The notes: a model not told the origin generated them from the letters alone. A stretch of DNA of 64,000 bases from Deferribacteres bacterium (GCA_020633655.1 JACKDF010000003.1:405989-469988); one strand, 5' to 3'. Shown: positions 10,356 through 19,999, counted from the first letter of the stretch. Made by a program: numbers and translations.

Positions 10356-13300
10356 TTAATCAAAATAATCGAAGGTTATGCCGAAATAGTAACGCCATTC
10401 CTTGCCGTAATCTATTCCTCGATTTTGAAATGCATCAAGACCGTAGGCGGCATCGAAGAAAAGCTTGGTCGGGTATCCATAAAAAGAGAACATCTCCAAT
10501 CGAAATTGTGTACCAACAGAACGCTTAAAATCATCGAGTTTTATCGCATCGGCAATAAATGCGTTGCCATAATCAGCGAAAACGCCAACATAGAACTTGT
10601 CAAAATAAACTTGTGCAAGGGATTTATCGATCTTCCAAATGAGAGGAAAGCGGTAAGCAACGGTACCCATCACCTGCTTCAGGCCTTCAATAGAATAAAA
10701 TGGGTAACCACGATTACCATCCAGACCACCGCCATAAAGGTGGTAGAAGCTATCAACCTTGCGATCGATATACCCACCCTTAAATCGCAGATACAAAGAA
10801 TGCTTTTTCCACAGTCTCAGATATTCTTTCCAATCCAGTTGAAATTCATTATATCGATAGTCTGTAAAAACTTCCTGTGCCGTGCCGAAAGTTGAGTTTA
10901 CCTTAAAACTATCAATAAAGGAAGTGTGCATGGCATGATGTGTAAAAGTAACTGCCCGCCCACCTCGCGGATTGGCCGATTCATCAATCGCCGGTGCAAT
11001 ACCAAAGTATTCATAACGCGTTTGCAAACCGCGGGAAATATGATAGGTGTATCCAAACGAGAAAGGTTCATTTTTCTGTGTGACCGAATTAATTTTTGCG
11101 TTGTATTGGCCGTAATTCAATGCAAACTCAAGATTGTGTCCCGGAAACAGTCCTCGTCGCATGCCGAAGTAAACCTCGGTCAAATTGTAGGTAAATTTAT
11201 CCTTTCCATCCTCCGTGTGCCGGCGTTGATTATAAGCTTCCAAAAATAGTGTGGGGCCCAATTTGTTGTAGTTCACGAGACCAAACAGGTCCAGATCGAA
11301 TTTGGAATTCACTCCGAATCCACCAAGAACGTTGTAATTGTCGAGTAGATCGCTTGAGAAAAAATAGGAACCAACTTTCGTCGTGCCATAATCCCGTACA
11401 ACACGCGGAATCATGCTAAATGCACTGTAGCGATTTTTATAAGGTTGAGTCGCCGCAGGAACTAAATTTCTATCATTAAAGTTTGGCGTGGCAATATCGC
11501 GAAGATTTAAAGATGCCAGTCCATTTGTCAGTACTTTTGCCGGGGGAGTAACTGGAAATTTTGTATAAGTGGTTTGTTCAGGTTGCACCGCGACCGGGTT
11601 TTCAAGGAATGCAATTTTAAACCCCTCAGCAACAAAGAGCGAGTAGACAAGCTGACCCTTCGAGTTAACATCGGGTGTAAAAGCCCCTCCGACGACATTG
11701 GTCAATTGCGTGGTTGCTCCACTCCCTAACTCTTTCTTGTAAATATTGAAAATACCACTTCGATCCGAAGCAAAATAAACACTTTTCCCATCGGGTGCCC
11801 AAACAGCGTCCCGGTTATCCGGACCTGCGTCGGCAACAACCGAAATTGTTTTTTCCGCGAGATTATATATCCGAACGCTACGCCCCTCTCCAGGCGTGAA
11901 GGCGAAAAGAATTTCACTTCCATTTGGAGACCAACGAGGAGAATAAACCTGCTCACCATTATTAAAATTCGTGAGTTTCTCGACTTTTTTCGTCTGTAAA
12001 TCAATCAGGGCAAGATTTTGTGTTCCATCGCCGTTAATTACAAAAACCGCTTTGCTTGCATCATTCGAAAATGCCGGACTGTGACCGCGCAAATTATGAG
12101 TTAAACGAGTGCTCTTCTTTTTTTCAATGTCGTATAGGTAGAGATCGAACAAACGTGATCCGTACTTATTTTTCTCTTTACGACTGGAATAGATGATTTT
12201 CTTACCATCACGTGACCAATCAAAAGCTTGATTTGCGCCACCGGCGAGTACGGTTTTCTCTTTGCTGAAAGCATCCCGCAAAACCAATGAAGTTAAAGAG
12301 AGGTAATCACCTCCACCTGTTGAGACATAAGCGACTTTATTGCCATCCGGAGACCACTGGGGATAAAAATTACCGATTCCATTTGGCTCAAGCTGGATGC
12401 CTTCCACCTTATTTGACTGAACTGTTGCCAGGCTTCGCTTATAATGTTCATTCAAATAAAGTTTCCATTCCTTATAAAGCGTATAACCATCTTTTCCTGT
12501 CGCCACTTTCAAAGCACTTAAAAAGGAAAAACGCGTTTTCTTTGTCATCGCTTTGGTAGCTTTTTCCAGGGTTTCTATACCATAATTTTCAGCCAGGTAT
12601 GTTGAAAATGCAAAACCCTGGTTGTATGCACGCTCGTTTCCAATACTGTTTTTACCGAAACTGCTCATTTGACCAAGCGTGAGTAATTTGTCTTCCACGA
12701 TAGCAGTACGTAAAAGCATATCGCGATGACTATCCCAGTGATCATACCGTAAGCCGGGCAACTGGTATTGGGCAACGCCTTCTGCAAACCAGCTTGGAAT
12801 CACCGTAAAAGCGACCGGATAAGAGACAATCGTATTGGGATATCCATACAAAACATCCGGCCGTTTTTCTTTTTCATAATCGATCCATTGGAGGTACATA
12901 GCCGGAACCTGGCGGGAAAATTTGCGGGCAGCCTGCAACTGGATCATGTGTGTATATTCATGTGTGATAACATTACGCAGCCAACTGTGGGTGCCACGTA
13001 ATTCAAAAGACATAGAACTCGCCCAAATCTCTACTTTGTTATCATAATAATAAGCAGCACCATTGGAATAATCGTCGTGGTCACGAACAATAAAATTGGT
13101 TTTCTCCTGCGGTTCAAAACCATAAAGCGCAGTTATGGGGCCATGCACATCTTCAGCAATTTTGGCAATTACATTCGCTGTGCGCTGGGCGCCTTCGTGG
13201 TAATGAATAAAGAAATGTTCCGTCTCGAAGGTGTACCATTGCAATTCAGGATGATTGTGCACTTCATAAAAATAGGATGTCAGGTGCGAATGATTATCGT

Positions 13301-13370
13301 TGAGAGTCTGTGCACTCAACAGATTGATATTTATGAAAAGAAAAATCAAAAATTGCTTCAACTGGATCAA
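10356..13370 (-). CDS. Fusion protein: gluzincin (HExxH..E) peptidase + PD40/TolB-like beta-propeller + Omp85-superfamily C-terminal barrel
   Basis: Signal peptide; HEYTH at 12948-12962 then WFAEGVAQY. PD40 repeats (PQWSPDGNKVAYVS, SPRWSPNGSEILFAF, AVWAPDGKSVYFASDRSG). C-terminus GNRGYPF...AYRFPL...GVFADYGNAF...SVGTQFRLEM...FFDAAYGLD...WRYYFGITFDYFD matches the Bac_surface_Ag (Omp85) pattern. TTG start; the exact start is uncertain by a few codons. Confidence 0.85.
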   Translation of the reverse strand: MIQLKQFLIFLFININLLSAQTLNDNHSHLTSYFYEVHNHPELQWYTFETEHFFIHYHEGAQRTANVIAKIAEDVHGPITALYGFEPQEKTNFIVRDHDDYSNGAAYYYDNKVEIWASSMSFELRGTHSWLRNVITHEYTHMIQLQAARKFSRQVPAMYLQWIDYEKEKRPDVLYGYPNTIVSYPVAFTVIPSWFAEGVAQYQLPGLRYDHWDSHRDMLLRTAIVEDKLLTLGQMSSFGKNSIGNERAYNQGFAFSTYLAENYGIETLEKATKAMTKKTRFSFLSALKVATGKDGYTLYKEWKLYLNEHYKRSLATVQSNKVEGIQLEPNGIGNFYPQWSPDGNKVAYVSTGGGDYLSLTSLVLRDAFSKEKTVLAGGANQAFDWSRDGKKIIYSSRKEKNKYGSRLFDLYLYDIEKKKSTRLTHNLRGHSPAFSNDASKAVFVINGDGTQNLALIDLQTKKVEKLTNFNNGEQVYSPRWSPNGSEILFAFTPGEGRSVRIYNLAEKTISVVADAGPDNRDAVWAPDGKSVYFASDRSGIFNIYKKELGSGATTQLTNVVGGAFTPDVNSKGQLVYSLFVAEGFKIAFLENPVAVQPEQTTYTKFPVTPPAKVLTNGLASLNLRDIATPNFNDRNLVPAATQPYKNRYSAFSMIPRVVRDYGTTKVGSYFFSSDLLDNYNVLGGFGVNSKFDLDLFGLVNYNKLGPTLFLEAYNQRRHTEDGKDKFTYNLTEVYFGMRRGLFPGHNLEFALNYGQYNAKINSVTQKNEPFSFGYTYHISRGLQTRYEYFGIAPAIDESANPRGGRAVTFTHHAMHTSFIDSFKVNSTFGTAQEVFTDYRYNEFQLDWKEYLRLWKKHSLYLRFKGGYIDRKVDSFYHLYGGGLDGNRGYPFYSIEGLKQVMGTVAYRFPLIWKIDKSLAQVYFDKFYVGVFADYGNAFIADAIKLDDFKRSVGTQFRLEMFSFYGYPTKLFFDAAYGLDAFQNRGIDYGKEWRYYFGITFDYFD

Positions 13371-13378
13371 CCCTTTTT

Positions 13379-16300
13379 CTATTTAATCACGGATATTTTG
13401 AAAACTGCAACACCACTTTTATTACTGCTTTTTGCCTCAATTCGCGCCATATAAACACCATTTTGAATTGAACTCACATCCCACTGTATTTCATTATCAA
13501 CATCACCGTTCCCTGGCCCGGGGAATTGGTCCACCAGATCTCCGGCAAGATCAAATATTTTAATCGATACTACAGCCGGATCGGACAATCGATAGCGAAT
13601 CGTGGTCAAATTACCTTCTGTAGGATTTGGATAATTATACGCGAATTTTTCAGGAAGAAGTTCGCTTTGCAAGTCTGTGGGTGTGCCAGCGATAAAAGTA
13701 GAACGTGTGTGTGCCCGATCACCATCATAATTCAGCCACGCATGCTGCGCATCCACGCTTGCCCCAGGGATTTCAAATGCATGTAAAAAGCCGTCAACAG
13801 AAACAGCAAGCATTTCGAGATCACCGTCATTATTAATATCACCTGCGGTCAGGCTTTGAATACTACCCCATGCAAAGGCAAGTGGAAATCCATCGATCAA
13901 TGAGCCATCTCCTTCAATGCCGTACAGATCCCCACCTTTTCCAATAAAGAAAATCTCCTGGGCTTGGTCATTATCGATATCAAGCAAAAGCGGTTCAAAA
14001 TAATCGTTTGCAACGGTTAATTGTAATTTTTCAGCATCGACTGTGTAAGGACGCATTTTTACCGGGAAATTTTCTAAAACAGCACCATTCTGATTGAAAG
14101 CAAGGATATATTCAGCATTAACAAGAACGGCATCCTGGCGTCCATCACCATCCACATCACCGATTGCAAGTCGGCTATTTGCAAATTTTTCTTCCAAATT
14201 CACAGAAACTTCCTCGTCACTGTGAATAAAGCGAACCTGGTTATCCGTATTTACAACCAGACCAAAAGATGCTGAAGCAAGGCTTCGAACAGGATCAGCA
14301 AACGAAGTGAATAACGAAACAACGCCATTAACGTTAAAAACAGAATTCTCCGATTGTAAAAAATAAGTACCATTCGAAGCAGATAGAGCTGAGATATCTG
14401 CAGGTAATTGGAGTGAATTCACAACCTCACCCGCAGCGTTGATCGACATTAGTTTATCAGTGGCGAATGTGAGAAGTCCATTTGCATAACTGAGAGCCGA
14501 AGATGTTTTAAAACCGAGATTTAAATCCCATAGATTATCAAATTCCTTATTTCCATCTCCATCCACCGTTTCGAAGGCTTTCAATGCCCCAGTATAAAAA
14601 TTTAGTACGAATTCATCTCGCCCATTGCCATCCAAATCTGCCACGAGTGGATAGTTGAAAGGCACATTATCTAACTGCAATGCCAAAGGTATCTCGTATT
14701 GCCGTTCTTCATGGCCAGGTGCATCAATCTCAACCTGAAGCGAATTATTAAATAAGGGACTCCCATCTCCATGCCACGCCAAAACCTGATTATCGAGGGT
14801 GAAAACTAAAATTTCTTCTCCTGCGTAGGTTGGATCGAACTCGCCAACCACAGGTGGAAACAAAGCTGATTGACAAAACTTTGGAAACCCGGCAATTTCA
14901 AATCCCCTGGAAAGGGAAAAAGACATAATTGGATTTATCGCGCTCATATCATAAACACGCACACCACTATTTGCCTGCGATTGGCTGCGTGATGAGGGCA
15001 TTGTATTGGGTCCGAATTCGATTTTATCACTACCGTTCGCCTGCAGGTTTACCGTGTTACTGTCGAACCAGGCATCCGCCCACCAGCCATTCTCCGTGCC
15101 AGAACCCGGATGGAGAAAGCTGTAGAAATAGCCAAAGTCCTGGGCAACATCTGCCTCTTCGAGATCAACCCCACGATTATTTTTGTCCTCATTAATTCGG
15201 TTATCTATTAATTTTTCCCGAATGACAGCATCATTAATGTGCCAAATAAGAATTCCCGAGCCGGGAAGACCGTAATCGTATTCATCCACAGAGGTTAAAA
15301 CACCAATCACCGCATTGGAAACAAGCTGTCCGTTTTGATTGAATTCCGCTTGATTTCCATTATTATCAATCGCGATTGCAACGCTGTCGCCATTTACATC
15401 CTGCTGCCTGTTTTCGATGAGAAAATACTCATCATCGGTAATAGGAATCTTGTAAATACGGTTTGGAAAATCCGTTCGTGCGGCTCCAACCTGAAAATTC
15501 ATGCCATTTTCGATGACGATTGGCTTTTCCCAGCCCATGAAAACCTTTTCCCAGGCACAAGGCTCCGCAGGCAGTAAACCTTGTGCATTTCCAGAGCCCT
15601 GATCCATTAATCCCCAGCGAGCGATTCCGGTACCACCGGTCACCGGATCGAATAAACTTGGCAAACCAAGCTGAAATCCCATCATAATGGTCATTGTCCC
15701 AAGTAAACCGATTTCATACCCTTCCTGACTTTCGGTTTCAGGTAAAATCATCCCATTACGAATGAAGGAGCCTTGAACTGGAATCCCGCCATAGGATGGA
15801 TCATCAGCACCAAATTCTTTCTTCAAATCTTCAAAACGTAAGAATGCTGAGGTAATATCATTGGGAGTTGGATCGAAATCAAAGTCGATATCATTGCCTA
15901 CGCCAGCATGAAAGAGAATAAAGCTGTCGTATTTATTGAAATCGATACTTTCGTCGGTGGCTGCTTTTTGCATGCCATCACGCAGCAGTTCCGCAAGTCG
16001 AGTATCCACAAGACTTGAACCATCATTCGGTGCATAATAAGCAATATCGTTATTAAGTTGATAGGCATCAGTCTGGTTTTGCGGATAGATATCCCAGGAT
16101 AATATTTGTTTTCCCTGGGAAACGGTTTTGAAATAGTTTGCCAACGCAGTTAATTGCGCATCAAAATATGCATGGTTGTGAGGTGCTGGGTCTACGGTGG
16201 GAATAGTGGGAGCACTGAGATCGAACGTACCGTTACCCGTAGTTTCGATTAAGGTGTCTGGTTTAAATTCGACTCGTATAGCCAGAATATGGAGCGTATC

Positions 16301-16474
16301 AATCGTTGCGGCTATTTTGTAATTCGAGTTATATTTCTCAAAATTGTTTTTCAATGCCTGTGTATCCGGCCCCCCTTTCAATTGCAACGGCCGATCTTTT
16401 GATTCTACGGCATAGGCAGGACTGAAATTGAGCGATAAAAGGAAAACGAAAAACAGACTGTAATTTTTTTTCAT
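13379..16474 (-). CDS. T9SS-targeted protein: M6 (InhA-like) peptidase-homology domain lacking HExxH + FG-GAP/VCBS-like repeats + type-A T9SS C-terminal domain
   Basis: M6-like blocks: ILAIRVEFKPD, FHAGVGND, LGLPSLFD, GIARWGLMDQGSGN, AWEKVFMGWEKP. The position of HEFGH reads IMMGF (15674-15688, ATT ATG ATG GGA TTT). FG-GAP-like DLDGNGRDEF, DVDGDGRQDAV, DINNDGDLEM. CTD is NYPNPTEGNLTTIRY...IKIFDLAGDLV...GVYMARIEA...KISVIK. Start taken at MKKNYSLFFVF (16474). Confidence 0.8.
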   Translation of the reverse strand: MKKNYSLFFVFLLSLNFSPAYAVESKDRPLQLKGGPDTQALKNNFEKYNSNYKIAATIDTLHILAIRVEFKPDTLIETTGNGTFDLSAPTIPTVDPAPHNHAYFDAQLTALANYFKTVSQGKQILSWDIYPQNQTDAYQLNNDIAYYAPNDGSSLVDTRLAELLRDGMQKAATDESIDFNKYDSFILFHAGVGNDIDFDFDPTPNDITSAFLRFEDLKKEFGADDPSYGGIPVQGSFIRNGMILPETESQEGYEIGLLGTMTIMMGFQLGLPSLFDPVTGGTGIARWGLMDQGSGNAQGLLPAEPCAWEKVFMGWEKPIVIENGMNFQVGAARTDFPNRIYKIPITDDEYFLIENRQQDVNGDSVAIAIDNNGNQAEFNQNGQLVSNAVIGVLTSVDEYDYGLPGSGILIWHINDAVIREKLIDNRINEDKNNRGVDLEEADVAQDFGYFYSFLHPGSGTENGWWADAWFDSNTVNLQANGSDKIEFGPNTMPSSRSQSQANSGVRVYDMSAINPIMSFSLSRGFEIAGFPKFCQSALFPPVVGEFDPTYAGEEILVFTLDNQVLAWHGDGSPLFNNSLQVEIDAPGHEERQYEIPLALQLDNVPFNYPLVADLDGNGRDEFVLNFYTGALKAFETVDGDGNKEFDNLWDLNLGFKTSSALSYANGLLTFATDKLMSINAAGEVVNSLQLPADISALSASNGTYFLQSENSVFNVNGVVSLFTSFADPVRSLASASFGLVVNTDNQVRFIHSDEEVSVNLEEKFANSRLAIGDVDGDGRQDAVLVNAEYILAFNQNGAVLENFPVKMRPYTVDAEKLQLTVANDYFEPLLLDIDNDQAQEIFFIGKGGDLYGIEGDGSLIDGFPLAFAWGSIQSLTAGDINNDGDLEMLAVSVDGFLHAFEIPGASVDAQHAWLNYDGDRAHTRSTFIAGTPTDLQSELLPEKFAYNYPNPTEGNLTTIRYRLSDPAVVSIKIFDLAGDLVDQFPGPGNGDVDNEIQWDVSSIQNGVYMARIEAKSSNKSGVAVFKISVIK

Positions 16475-16643
16475 TAAATAATTCCGCCTGAAAAATACTC
16501 CAATACAATGAGCCATTCCAGTGTATGTCTTCTCCTATTGAAGAAACACAACATGACTTAGCTTTCCTTATTCTTCAGATGCTATTAATACGTTTTTTTG
16601 ACGGAAAATATTATTCGATGAAAATTTGCTTGTATACAATGAA

Positions 16644-16681
16644 ATGGCTGGTTTTTATGTCATTATCAGAAAACCAGCCAT
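16644..16681 (-). terminator. Candidate intrinsic terminator downstream of the PorV/PorQ-like gene
   Basis: Perfect 12-bp stem ATGGCTGGTTTT / AAAACCAGCCAT with a 14-nt loop. The tail on the minus strand is only moderately U-rich (UUCAUUGUAU). Confidence 0.4.
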
Positions 16682-16762
16682 AGTTCCTTTAATTCACGCT
16701 TGGAAATTGCACATACTCTCCGTCAAACGTGCTTAAACTGCGCATAGTTTGTGCAGCATAGA

Positions 16763-17830
16763 TCAGAAATTAAACGCAAGAGAAAACTGAATCGTATCTT
16801 CCAATGGATGGCCTTGCTCCAAAGGTGAAATGTAGGCAGCGTCGATATAAAGGCTGGCATATTTCAGCCCGGCTCCAAATGTCAGGTAACGCACCTTGCC
16901 AATATCATCATGATGGAATCCAGTGCGCATTGCTATCATATCACCGTACCAGTACTCTGCACCAACATTGGCAATAACCCGTTTCAACTCTGTGTTCATA
17001 CTCTCATCAAATAAGGAAGAATACAGTGCCTTATAAAAAGGATCAGACTTTGTTTCGTCATTTTCATCCTGATAGCGTCTTACGAGCAATTTATCGAATT
17101 CAAATGCGACTGTCAGCCGATTAAATTCATCATCGATTGGTTTATAGGAGAATCCAAGTCGCAAATTGGTTGGCAGGGGATCCGCTTGTGCTTTGTCAAT
17201 ATAAGTCACTTTCGGCCCCATATTCGCAATATTAACACCGAAACTTAAGCGATCTATCAGTAAATTTTTGTAAAGATAGCCAATATCAAATGCGAACGCA
17301 TTTGCAGATCCATCACCTTTTTGAGATGTGTTACTGAGTTCTGGTGCGAGATTGCTTCGAATATATTTCAATTGCAAACCAACACTTGAGTTTTCTGTTA
17401 TTTGAGTTCCAAAGGAAGTGGCAACAGCAAATTCACTTGAAACAAATGTCCCTGTTGGGATTGGACTATTTTCACTGGTAATTGCCTGTTCGCCAAGATT
17501 TAGATAAGTGACAGCAACTCCAAATGTTCCAAGTCCTTCAATTTCCTGAACGAAAGTCAGGTAATCAAAGAAAAGGTCGGATGCAAGCTGAGGCAGCCAA
17601 TTGGAGTGCATGGCGGAGATTTGACGCTGTTTTTGGAATGCCAGGCCTGCAGGATTCCAATAGGTTGCAGTCGCATCATCCGCGATGGACACGAAAGATT
17701 CACCCATTCCTGTCGCCCTTGCACCAGGTGTAATAAGCAAAAATTGAACAGTCGCTTCACTCTGTGCAAATGAGTTTTGCGTGAAAATCACACTGACGAG
17801 CACCAGAAAATAAGCTATTGTTTTTTTCAT
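16763..17830 (-). CDS. PorV/PorQ-family outer-membrane beta-barrel (T9SS-associated)
   Basis: Signal peptide, then GARATGMGESFVSIADDATATYWNPAGLAF, which is characteristic of the PorV/PorQ (FadL-like) family. C-terminal ...FSLAFNF. Strong SD (GGAGGTAAAGA-ATG). Confidence 0.75.
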   Translation of the reverse strand: MKKTIAYFLVLVSVIFTQNSFAQSEATVQFLLITPGARATGMGESFVSIADDATATYWNPAGLAFQKQRQISAMHSNWLPQLASDLFFDYLTFVQEIEGLGTFGVAVTYLNLGEQAITSENSPIPTGTFVSSEFAVATSFGTQITENSSVGLQLKYIRSNLAPELSNTSQKGDGSANAFAFDIGYLYKNLLIDRLSFGVNIANMGPKVTYIDKAQADPLPTNLRLGFSYKPIDDEFNRLTVAFEFDKLLVRRYQDENDETKSDPFYKALYSSLFDESMNTELKRVIANVGAEYWYGDMIAMRTGFHHDDIGKVRYLTFGAGLKYASLYIDAAYISPLEQGHPLEDTIQFSLAFNF

Positions 17831-17844
17831 TCTTTACCTCCAGA

Positions 17845-17897
17845 ATAAACAAAAAAACCGAACGCAGTAGTAAAATAAGTGTACTGACATTCGGTTT
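17845..17897 (-). terminator. Terminator-like hairpin + U-run immediately upstream of the PorV-like gene RBS
   Basis: Minus-strand AAACCGAAUG...CGUUCGGUUU (10 bp including one G-U, 23-nt loop) followed by UUUUUGUUUAUU. It ends about 15 nt before the ATG at 17830. It could terminate the accBC-gcvH transcript or act as a leader attenuator. Confidence 0.4.
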
Positions 17898-18233
17898 GAA
17901 TAGAAAAACACTTACTAATACGTCCTTTGGGGATTTTGGATAGCACTTTGAATGTATTCAAAGATCTACGATATTTTTAAAATTGATTTATCCAATTAAA
18001 TCCGTAACGAACGTAAAATAGGCATTCTCCTTGTTATAACAAGCTGAATAATATAGAAATACTTTTAAAATGTCAAGAATTAATAAAATATAACTCGCTC
18101 TTAATATCGACAGTTCCGCTTTGAATGATAAACCTGAAAAAAAGATCTCAGATTTGATAACGACATTAATATAGATGTCAGAACCAGTTTTGCAGAAACT
18201 GCATTTATTCAGAGTGGAACTTCTATTTTTTGT

Positions 18234-18614
18234 TTATTTATCAATCATTTCAGAGTAGCTTTCGGGAGATAACAAATTATCAACTTCGCTTTCATCACTC
18301 ATTTTCACTTTAATCATCCATCCGGCCCCATAGGGGTCAGAATTAACAGCTTCGGGTTCGTCATCCAGGGAAGCGTTCACCTCAATAACTTCCCCGGAAA
18401 TCGGTGCAATTAAATCTGATACGGCCTTTACAGCTTCAATGGTACCGAAAGGCTCTCCTTGTGCGGTTTCGGATTCTTCCTCAGGTAATTCCACAAAAAC
18501 AATATCGCCCAACTCACTCTGTGCATAATCCGTTATACCAACAGTTGCAATACCATTTTTCACAAGCACCCACTCATGGTCTTCAGTGTATCGCAAATTA
18601 CCAGGGACGTTCAT
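18234..18614 (-). CDS. gcvH: Glycine cleavage system H protein
   Basis: YTEDHEWV, VGITDYAQSELGDIVFVELP, lipoyl-lysine motif EAVKAVSD, and DPYGAGWMIKVK. Start at MNVPGN (18614) preceded by GGAGGAGAATA. Confidence 0.9.
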   Translation of the reverse strand: MNVPGNLRYTEDHEWVLVKNGIATVGITDYAQSELGDIVFVELPEEESETAQGEPFGTIEAVKAVSDLIAPISGEVIEVNASLDDEPEAVNSDPYGAGWMIKVKMSDESEVDNLLSPESYSEMIDK

Positions 18615-18664
18615 TATTCTCCTCCAGATGGATTTGTGCAAGACTTCGTATAAACTAACTAATT

Positions 18665-19999
18665 TTATATCTTTTCAGTTTCAAGAAAAGTAGTATCAAA
18701 TTGGCCTTTAATAAAAGATTCGTTCCGCATAACTTTTTGATGAAATGGAATCGTCGTTTTTATTCCCTCAACAATAAATTCATCGAGTGCACGTTTAGTT
18801 CGGTCAATGGCTTCAGTACGATTTTTCCCGTGAACAATCAATTTAGCAATCAGACTGTCGTAAAACGGCGGGATCACGTATTGTGCATATGCATGGGTAT
18901 CGACACGAACACCAGGTCCACCGGGGACATGAAAAGTTTCGATCCTGCCAGGACTCGGTCTGAACCCATTATCCGGATCTTCTGCATTAATACGACACTC
19001 AATGGAATGGCCACGTAATTTTAACTGATCGCTCTGCAGAGAGAGCTTCTCACCAGCGGCTACTAAAATTTGTTCCTTAATCAGATCGATATCAAGCACT
19101 GTTTCTGTTACAGGATGCTCTACCTGAATCCGCGTATTCATTTCCATAAAATAGTATTTATTATCCTGAAACAGGAATTCGATCGTGCCGGCGCTTTGAT
19201 AACTAACTTCCTTTGCTCCCCGTACCGCCGCAGCGCACATTTCTTCACGCAAAGCTTCAGTGACAACTGGTGAGGGAGACTCTTCAATTAATTTTTGGTG
19301 TTTACGCTGAATTGAACATTCCCGTTCTCCCAACGCCACAACATTTCCATGGCTATCACCAATAATTTGAACTTCGATGTGGCGAGCGTGTGTAAAATAT
19401 TTTTCCAGATAAACACCTGGATTTCCGAACCCAACCATAGCCTCCTGCTGAGCTTGTTTAAACATGGTTTCCATGTCAGATTTTTTACGTACAAGCCGCA
19501 TTCCGCGTCCACCGCCACCGGCGGTCGCTTTAATGATTACCGGATAACCTGCTTCATCGGCCAATCTCTCAGCATCTTTTACGCTTTCAACTAATCCTTC
19601 ACTTCCAGGAATTGTCGGAACATTGGCTTTTTTCATCGATGCTTTGGCAAATGCTTTATCTCCAAGATTTCGAATCATATCCGGAGTTGGGCCAATAAAA
19701 TTTATATTACAAGAGCGAGTTACCTCTGCAAATTCTGCATTTTCAGCCAGAAATCCGTATCCTGGGTGAATTGCATCAGCATTGGTAACTTCTGCAGCGG
19801 AAATAAGCCGTGGGATTAGAAGGTAACTATCTTTACTGGCTGGTGGGCCAATACAGACTGCTTCATCAGCAAAACGCACGTGCAAGGAATCGACATCTGC
19901 CTGTGAGTATACCGCGACTGTCTGTATTCCGAGCTCTTTACACGCACGAATCACACGCAGAGCAATCTCCCCCCGATTCGCAATAAGTACTTTTTTCAA
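18665..19999 (-). CDS. accC: Acetyl-CoA carboxylase, biotin carboxylase subunit
   Basis: Full-length match to the biotin carboxylase pattern ([41 protein letters not shown]). TTG start with AGAGGA 8 nt upstream. Confidence 0.95.
   Translation of the reverse strand: MKKVLIANRGEIALRVIRACKELGIQTVAVYSQADVDSLHVRFADEAVCIGPPASKDSYLLIPRLISAAEVTNADAIHPGYGFLAENAEFAEVTRSCNINFIGPTPDMIRNLGDKAFAKASMKKANVPTIPGSEGLVESVKDAERLADEAGYPVIIKATAGGGGRGMRLVRKKSDMETMFKQAQQEAMVGFGNPGVYLEKYFTHARHIEVQIIGDSHGNVVALGERECSIQRKHQKLIEESPSPVVTEALREEMCAAAVRGAKEVSYQSAGTIEFLFQDNKYYFMEMNTRIQVEHPVTETVLDIDLIKEQILVAAGEKLSLQSDQLKLRGHSIECRINAEDPDNGFRPSPGRIETFHVPGGPGVRVDTHAYAQYVIPPFYDSLIAKLIVHGKNRTEAIDRTKRALDEFIVEGIKTTIPFHQKVMRNESFIKGQFDTTFLETEKI

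Noticed and set aside
10317-10895. 192-aa plus-strand ORF, with similar antisense ORFs at 12287-12559, 13077-13454 and elsewhere.
   Set aside because: It is antisense to the well-supported Omp85-like C-terminus of the 1004-aa protein. The composition is low-complexity and Ile/Lys-rich, typical of the reverse frame of an AT-rich gene.
17946-17963. Perfect 8-2-8 palindrome CTTTGAAT-GT-ATTCAAAG upstream of the PorV-like gene. Related items: ATTCAATG-N8-CATTGAAT at 26292-26315 upstream of a T9SS cargo gene, and the 10-bp palindromes TTGTATACAA (16630-16639) and TTACATGTAA (54846-54855).
   Set aside because: They are tempting as shared operator sites. However, arms of 5-8 bp in AT-rich DNA are expected many times by chance in 64 kb, and the half-site arrangements differ between loci. 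They are not reportable without comparative data.
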